Shown in pieces: positions 44,551-50,085 of a stretch of 50,085 nucleotides of DNA. The position numbers and the translations under genes are program-made. Every line of letters starts with the position of its first letter. Position 1 is the first letter of the stretch. The stretch comes from Candidatus Kaiserbacteria bacterium (GTDB lineage Bacteria; Patescibacteriota; Minisyncoccia; Phycocordibacterales; UBA2100), in the NCBI GenBank assembly GCA_027083345.1, contig JALWOZ010000025.1:1-50085 (forward strand), written 5' to 3'. Below the pieces are notes generated by a model. It was given only the letters and a program-made list of their open reading frames with translations, was not told the DNA's origin and made no database searches.

Positions 44551-46569
44551 ATGGATATACCCGAAGAATTAAAGAAATCTAAACGTTCAGAATTTAAAGA
44601 AGACGATAATATAGATAAATTAAGGAGTTTGATGTACTCCAGAGAGCGTAAAGGATTTTTGCCTTGGCGTCGGAGGAGTGAGACCCCTAAGGAGAAACCA
44701 TTAGTAAAAGAATCTTGGGAGTATAATAGTCCTCCTAAAAAGTCGCATAACACCACTAAAATGTCTTTAGGTTGGGCTAAGGTTTTGTTGGCTATCTCTG
44801 TAACCTTTTTTATAGCGGCTGGAGTTGGTGCTTTTGCTTTTTTACATAAGACAGTGAGCCCAGTCTCTGAGGACAATGTAGATATTACAATAGAAGGTAG
44901 TACTTCTGCTGTCTCTGGGTCTGTGCTTGAGTTGCAGGTATTAATAACAAATCGCAATGATTCTTCTTTAGAATTGGCAGATGCAGTTATAACTTATCCA
45001 GACGGCACTGTGTCTCCAATAGATTTTAAGACTCCGTTAGATGCTGAGAGATTGCCTCTTGGTTTAGTAGAGGCTCGTAGCGCTCGTCGTGGGACTATAA
45101 GCGCAGTTATATTAGGTAATGCTGGGGAAACTAAAAAGATAAAAGTAGAATTACAGTATAGGTTAAAGGGGGGCAATGTAATACATTCAAAAACAACGGT
45201 TCATAATGTTTTAATTTCTGCAGATGCGATGAGTATAAGTGTAGATGCTGATAAAGAGTTTACTCCTGGTCAAGAGTCTGCTGTTGCTGTTAATATTAAA
45301 TCAAATTCACCTAATATGCTTAGTGGAGTGTTTGTTGATTTGGAGTTACCATTTGGATTCTCTATAGTAAATAGTGCCCCACCGATAAAAGAAGATAAAA
45401 CAGAGTCTAATAGTTTTGCTCGTTGGTATATTGGAGATTTTAGACCTGGAGAGGAGCGTACGTTGCAACTCTCAGGTAAGGTGGACGGGCAGGTGGGAGA
45501 TATACGAGTAATTAAGGCTAAAGTTGGTTCAGGAGCTAAGAGCAATGACCCTATAAAACCAAATACAAATAAAGTAAATAATCTTGGTAACCCAACTCTG
45601 ATATTGGCGCAAGTACAACATGAGATACACATTAAAAGGCCGTTCTTAAGTGTTGAGATCTTAAAAGACGGGCAACCATTGGATGGACTTAATTTTAATG
45701 CTGGTGAGACGGTAGATTTAGAATTAAAATGGCGGAATAATCTAAGTGTACCAATAGATGATGCAATAATTACAGTAGATATGGGCGGTCTAGCCCTTAG
45801 TAAGGGGGGTGTATATGCTGGTTCTAATGGTTTTTATAGGTCGGTAGATAGTAAAATAATATGGAATAGTAAAACAAGCAGAGGTAAATTAAAACATATT
45901 TTACCTGGAGAAGAAGGTAAATTTAAATTTAAGATAACCCCACTGAGCGAATCATTTTTAGCCAGAAAAGCCATCTCTACTACAATAACTTTCTCTGTTA
46001 GCATGGGGGGTAAGCGTCTAGATGAGAGTGGTGTACCTGAGACATTAACTGGACATCTGTCTACTGAGGTAAAGTTAAATACAAATGTCTCACTAAAGGC
46101 ATTCAGTCTCTTTAAGTCTAGTCCATTTGGCCCTCTGGGCCCATTACCACCAAAAGCTGAATATGAGACTGTTTATGCAATAGTTTGGGAGGTCTCTAAT
46201 ACAACCAATGATATAAAGGATGCTATAGTGCGTGCTGAACTACCATATTACGTTACTTGGCTAGACCGTAAAGAACCGGCGAACGAACAGTTAATTTATA
46301 ATAAGACAAATAATACAGTGGAATGGCATTTGGGTACAGTTAAAGCGGGGACAGGACAGGGAAATCTTACTCGTATTGTTGCCTTTGCAGTAGGGTTGGT
46401 ACCTAGTTATACTCAAGTCAATACAACTCCAGATTTAATTTGGAATCAGACTTTTGAAGCGGTTGATACGTATACAAATAAAAAGATAATAAAGAAAGTA
46501 AAGAATGTTACAACAAAAACCATTTATGATGAAGGGTACAAAGAAGAGTATGCTCATGTAGTTAAGTAA
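44551..46569 (+). CDS. Membrane-anchored beta-sandwich (DUF11-like) protein
   Basis: Single TM helix then repeated Ig-like segments (WYIGDFRPGEE, WHLGTVKAG). Confidence 0.7.
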   Translation: MDIPEELKKSKRSEFKEDDNIDKLRSLMYSRERKGFLPWRRRSETPKEKPLVKESWEYNSPPKKSHNTTKMSLGWAKVLLAISVTFFIAAGVGAFAFLHKTVSPVSEDNVDITIEGSTSAVSGSVLELQVLITNRNDSSLELADAVITYPDGTVSPIDFKTPLDAERLPLGLVEARSARRGTISAVILGNAGETKKIKVELQYRLKGGNVIHSKTTVHNVLISADAMSISVDADKEFTPGQESAVAVNIKSNSPNMLSGVFVDLELPFGFSIVNSAPPIKEDKTESNSFARWYIGDFRPGEERTLQLSGKVDGQVGDIRVIKAKVGSGAKSNDPIKPNTNKVNNLGNPTLILAQVQHEIHIKRPFLSVEILKDGQPLDGLNFNAGETVDLELKWRNNLSVPIDDAIITVDMGGLALSKGGVYAGSNGFYRSVDSKIIWNSKTSRGKLKHILPGEEGKFKFKITPLSESFLARKAISTTITFSVSMGGKRLDESGVPETLTGHLSTEVKLNTNVSLKAFSLFKSSPFGPLGPLPPKAEYETVYAIVWEVSNTTNDIKDAIVRAELPYYVTWLDRKEPANEQLIYNKTNNTVEWHLGTVKAGTGQGNLTRIVAFAVGLVPSYTQVNTTPDLIWNQTFEAVDTYTNKKIIKKVKNVTTKTIYDEGYKEEYAHVVK

Positions 46570-46616
46570 GAGTGGAGTTGTATGTTTGTTTAAGGTAGTT
46601 TATAGTAACCATATTT

Positions 46617-48002
46617 ATGATTAAAGAAGAGATTAATAATAAGATAAAAATGGATGAGATAATAAGTTTTGCTAAACGAAAGGGGTTCGTTTTCCAAGGG
46701 TCTGATATATATGGAGGAGTTGCGGGATTATATGATTATGGGCCTAATGGAGTAGAATTGTTGAATAATATAAAAAAGTCTTGGTGGTATCATAACGTTC
46801 AATTGAAACCTAACTATTATGGGCTTGACTCTGCTATTTTTAAAGATCCTAGAGTGTGGGAAGCCAGCGGGCACACTACCTCTTTCTCAGATCCTATGGC
46901 AGAGTGTAGAGCTTGTAATACCAGATTGCGAGTAGACAAAGTCTTAGAGGGTGTAGGAGTTGATGCTGACGAGAAGATGAGCGAAGAGGAGATAAACAAA
47001 CTCTTTTACGAGAATAAGGGTAAAATAAAATGTACTAAATGTGGAGGTAATGACTTTACAGATGCTAAGGCGTTTAACTTATTGGTAAAATCTAATATGG
47101 GAGATTTTGCAGAGCAGGGTAATAGTCCTGTATATTTACCTGGAGAAGCTAGTCAAGGTATATATATTAATTTTAAAAATATTGTAGATGCCGTACATCC
47201 TAATATACCTTTCGGTGTGGCACAAATAGGTAAAGCTTTCCGCAATGAGATATCTCCACGCAATTTTTTATTTCGTACTAGGGAGTTTGAGCAGGCAGAT
47301 ACTCAGCTTTTTTTAAAGCCAGGAGACAACGATAAAGAGTATGAACAAATTAAGCAAGATAGGTGGCAATGGTATAAGCAAATAGGCTTGAGTGAGCAAA
47401 ACTTAAGGTGGAAGCAACATAATAATCTAGTATTTTACGCAAAAGATGCTTGGGATATTGAGTATAGCTTTCCTACTTATGGATTTGATGAGATAGAGGG
47501 TGTACACAATAGAGGGGATTATGACCTCACTGTACACTCTAAACACTCTGGGGTAGATTTGTCTTTTATAGAGCAATCAACGAGTGAGAGGTTTATACCG
47601 CATGTACTAGAGACTTCTATGGGTCTTGGTAGGGTATTTTTAGCTGTTTTAGCAGAAGCATATACTATTGATAACTTAGGAGGAGATGAGAGAGTGGTGT
47701 TAAAGTTCTCTAAGGAGCTCGCACCGGTGAAGGTGGCAGTATTACCTTTATTAAAAAATAAACCAGAGTTGGTAGATAAGGCCAAAGAAGTATTTAATAT
47801 GCTCTTACCCCACATGACAACTGTTTATGATGCTAGTGGTTCAGTGGGTAAGAGGTACAGAAGGCAAGATGAAATAGGTACACCCCATTGTATAACAGTA
47901 GATTTTGACTCTTTGGAGGATGATTCGGTAACAATTAGAGATAGGGATACAGGCAAGCAAGAAAGAGTAAAGATAACCGAATTGCTAAAAATACTTACAT
48001 AG
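46617..48002 (+). CDS. glyS: Glycine--tRNA ligase, alpha2 (GlyRS-1) type
   Basis: IYGG...YDYGP, QIGKAFRNEISPR..FRTREFEQ, SVGKRYRRQDEIGTP. Confidence 0.96.
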   Translation: MIKEEINNKIKMDEIISFAKRKGFVFQGSDIYGGVAGLYDYGPNGVELLNNIKKSWWYHNVQLKPNYYGLDSAIFKDPRVWEASGHTTSFSDPMAECRACNTRLRVDKVLEGVGVDADEKMSEEEINKLFYENKGKIKCTKCGGNDFTDAKAFNLLVKSNMGDFAEQGNSPVYLPGEASQGIYINFKNIVDAVHPNIPFGVAQIGKAFRNEISPRNFLFRTREFEQADTQLFLKPGDNDKEYEQIKQDRWQWYKQIGLSEQNLRWKQHNNLVFYAKDAWDIEYSFPTYGFDEIEGVHNRGDYDLTVHSKHSGVDLSFIEQSTSERFIPHVLETSMGLGRVFLAVLAEAYTIDNLGGDERVVLKFSKELAPVKVAVLPLLKNKPELVDKAKEVFNMLLPHMTTVYDASGSVGKRYRRQDEIGTPHCITVDFDSLEDDSVTIRDRDTGKQERVKITELLKILT

Positions 48003-48018
48003 AGTATTATGTAAGTAT

Positions 48019-49038
48019 ATGGATAAGAATCTGACTATTAATATAAGTGTAGGTACTATTATAAAAGTGATAGTCGTTTTGGGTTTGACAGTCTTATTAT
48101 TTCAACTTTATCAATTGGTTTTGGTATTGGTAACAGCTATAGTGATAGCCTCCGCAGTTGAGCCAGCCACAAAAACACTTGTAAAACTTAGGGTCCCTAG
48201 AGTACTAGCAGTTGTATTGATATACATTATGTTACTTAGTGTTTTAGCGGGTGTGGTATATGCATTCGTCCCCCCCTTATTGAAGGAGACTTCAGGGTTA
48301 TTATCGGATACTCCTAGCTTGGTTGAGGTTTTAGGCAAAAGTAATGGTCTAGGCGCTCTACCTGCTGGTGTTGATCTTAATGAGATTGTTAACTCTGTTA
48401 ATCAGTCTGTTACTAAATACTCAGGCAATGTTTTTGCACTTGTTAGCACTGTCTTTGGTGGTGTCCTTACTTTTGTGCTTATAATAGTATTTTCTTTTTA
48501 CTTTGCTGTTAGAGAGAAGAGTATAGAGGAATTCATAAGAGTTATAGTTCCTAAAAAAGACGAAGATTATGTCATCAATTTGTGGGAGCGCTCTCAGCTT
48601 AAAATAGGATTATGGATGCAAGGTCAATTATTATTGGCATTGATAATAGCGGTCCTCACTTTCTTGGGATTGACGATATTGGGAGTTAAATATGCGCTTT
48701 TGCTTGCTGTTGTGGCTGGATTGTTTGAGCTTATTCCAGTATTTGGACCTATTTTATCCGCTATACCTGCATTGGCAGTAGCTTTTGTAACCGGTGGTTT
48801 GCCACTGGTTGGTTTAGTTCTTGCACTTTATATAATAATTCAACAATTTGAGAATCATTTAATATATCCGCTTGTTGTAACAAAAGTAGTAGGAGTACCG
48901 CCATTGATAGTTATAATATCTCTTATTGTGGGAGCGCAACTTGCAGGATTTCTAGGTATTTTATTGTCTGTCCCATTAGCTGCTACTTTGCAAGAAGTTG
49001 TTAAGGATTTAGACAAGTGGAAGCATGAAAAAAAATAA
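48019..49038 (+). CDS. AI-2E family transporter
   Basis: WMQGQL, IPVFGP, QQFENHLIYP, GILLSVPLAA. Confidence 0.92.
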   Translation: MDKNLTINISVGTIIKVIVVLGLTVLLFQLYQLVLVLVTAIVIASAVEPATKTLVKLRVPRVLAVVLIYIMLLSVLAGVVYAFVPPLLKETSGLLSDTPSLVEVLGKSNGLGALPAGVDLNEIVNSVNQSVTKYSGNVFALVSTVFGGVLTFVLIIVFSFYFAVREKSIEEFIRVIVPKKDEDYVINLWERSQLKIGLWMQGQLLLALIIAVLTFLGLTILGVKYALLLAVVAGLFELIPVFGPILSAIPALAVAFVTGGLPLVGLVLALYIIIQQFENHLIYPLVVTKVVGVPPLIVIISLIVGAQLAGFLGILLSVPLAATLQEVVKDLDKWKHEKK

Positions 49039-50085
49039 GCCACTATATATAACAACGACACTGCCGTATGTGAATGCCAGCCCACACGTAGGGTTTGCGC
49101 TTGAGATTGTGCAAGCCGATGCTTTGGCGCGCTACGCGCGCCTTATGGGCCGTGAGGTATTCTTTAATACGGGTACAGACGAACATGGGCAGAAGATAGC
49201 AGAGGCGGCAACAAAGGCGGGAGTAGAGACGAAAGAGTATGTAGATAAGTATGCGAAAGAGTTTCAGATCCTCAAAGAACAGTTAAATCTTTCTGTAGAT
49301 AAGTTTGTGCGTACTACTGACGAGAATCATATGAAAGCCGCGCAAAAACTTTGGAAGCTTGCTGATGCTAAGGGCGATATTTATAAGAAGAGTTATAAAG
49401 GCCTCTATTGTGTGGGGTGCGAGGCATTTATGAAGGAGAGTGATCTAGACGAGAGTGGGCACTGCCCTCACCATTTGGGTAAACAACTTGAGGAGGTAGA
49501 GGAGGAGAATTACTTCTTTAGGTTAAGTAATTATAAGAGCGAGCTAAAGGAGTATATAAATAAGCTCGAGAGTATAGTGCCCGAGTGGAGACGTAAAGAG
49601 GCACTTAATATATTAGAGGATCTTGATGACTTTAGTATCTCTCGACCAAAGGAGAGGCTAGAGTGGGGTATACCCGTGTCGAATGATGACTCACAGGTGA
49701 TGTATGTGTGGTTTGACGCGCTCTCAAACTACATCTCAACACTTGGCTACCCTAATGAAGACGGCGACTTTCAGAATTTTTGGCAACAAGGTGAGACACT
49801 GCAAGTAGCTGGGAAGGATCAGATAAAGTTCCAATCTATAATATGGCAAGCGATGCTAATGTCGGCAGAGATTAAGAATACCGACACTGTTATCTATCAC
49901 GGTTTTATCACAAGTGCGGGTAAGAAGATGAGTAAGAGCATAGGCAATGTCATTAACCCAAGCGAACTTGTAGAGCGCTATGGCACGGAGGCAACTCGCT
50001 ATATTTTACTCCGGCATGTACACCCATTTGATGACTCCGACTTGACTTGGGAGAGAATGGATGAGTGGTACACAGCCAACTTGGT
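49025..50085 (+). CDS. metG: Methionine--tRNA ligase, partial (runs off the window; not in the ORF track)
   Basis: Hand translation MKKNKPLYITTTLPYVNASPHVG...GTDEHGQK...YVWFDALSNY...KMSKS. Confidence 0.96.
   Translation, partial: MKKNKPLYITTTLPYVNASPHVGFALEIVQADALARYARLMGREVFFNTGTDEHGQKIAEAATKAGVETKEYVDKYAKEFQILKEQLNLSVDKFVRTTDENHMKAAQKLWKLADAKGDIYKKSYKGLYCVGCEAFMKESDLDESGHCPHHLGKQLEEVEEENYFFRLSNYKSELKEYINKLESIVPEWRRKEALNILEDLDDFSISRPKERLEWGIPVSNDDSQVMYVWFDALSNYISTLGYPNEDGDFQNFWQQGETLQVAGKDQIKFQSIIWQAMLMSAEIKNTDTVIYHGFITSAGKKMSKSIGNVINPSELVERYGTEATRYILLRHVHPFDDSDLTWERMDEWYTANL

Noticed and set aside
49028-49035. A8 run at the AI-2E/metG overlap as a frameshift or phase-variation site
   Set aside because: Both ORFs are intact as written, and A-runs are common in this AT-rich sequence.
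1-50085. Alternative genetic code (TGA=Gly, as in Gracilibacteria/Absconditabacteria)
   Set aside because: Conserved genes are full length under code 11, and pgk and recJ end at TGA at the expected positions.

Overview
An AT-rich bacterial chromosome segment using genetic code 11 (TGA is a stop in pgk and recJ). It is most consistent with Patescibacteria/CPR, probably Parcubacteria; this is inferred from no rpmD between rpsE and rplO, no rplA after rplK, an alpha2-type GlyRS, a split comEC, a compact RNase P RNA and no Shine-Dalgarno motifs. The S10/spc ribosomal cluster is fragmented and rearranged: rpsN-secY at 1.3-5.2 kb, rplC-rplB at 17.5-20.0 kb, and rpsS-rplE plus rplS at 22.4-26.6 kb. 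Other content: minor-pilin genes, tpiA/pgk, recJ, RNase HI, mscL, comEC halves around an SOD, an ABC exporter plus Erm/KsgA-family methylase, rnpB, three tRNAs (Val-TAC, Leu-GAG, His-GTG), a NOX-like flavocytochrome/cytochrome b5/PduO cluster, truB, Cys-rich orphans, secE-nusG-rplK, a thyX-dcd-dut-NUDIX-tmk-tgt cluster, ung, recO, glyS and partial metG. Most notable: (1) two ATP-grasp ligases inserted between rplB and rpsS; (2) short palindromic repeats that build four helices of RNase P RNA, with other palindromes in frame inside recJ, rplS and truB; (3) -10 boxes 6-8 nt before many ATGs, suggesting leaderless mRNAs; (4) a G-quadruplex motif within an inverted repeat; (5) a scrambled tRNA-Val duplicate. 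No CRISPR array, transposase or integrase was seen. All calls come from reading motifs by eye, without database searches.
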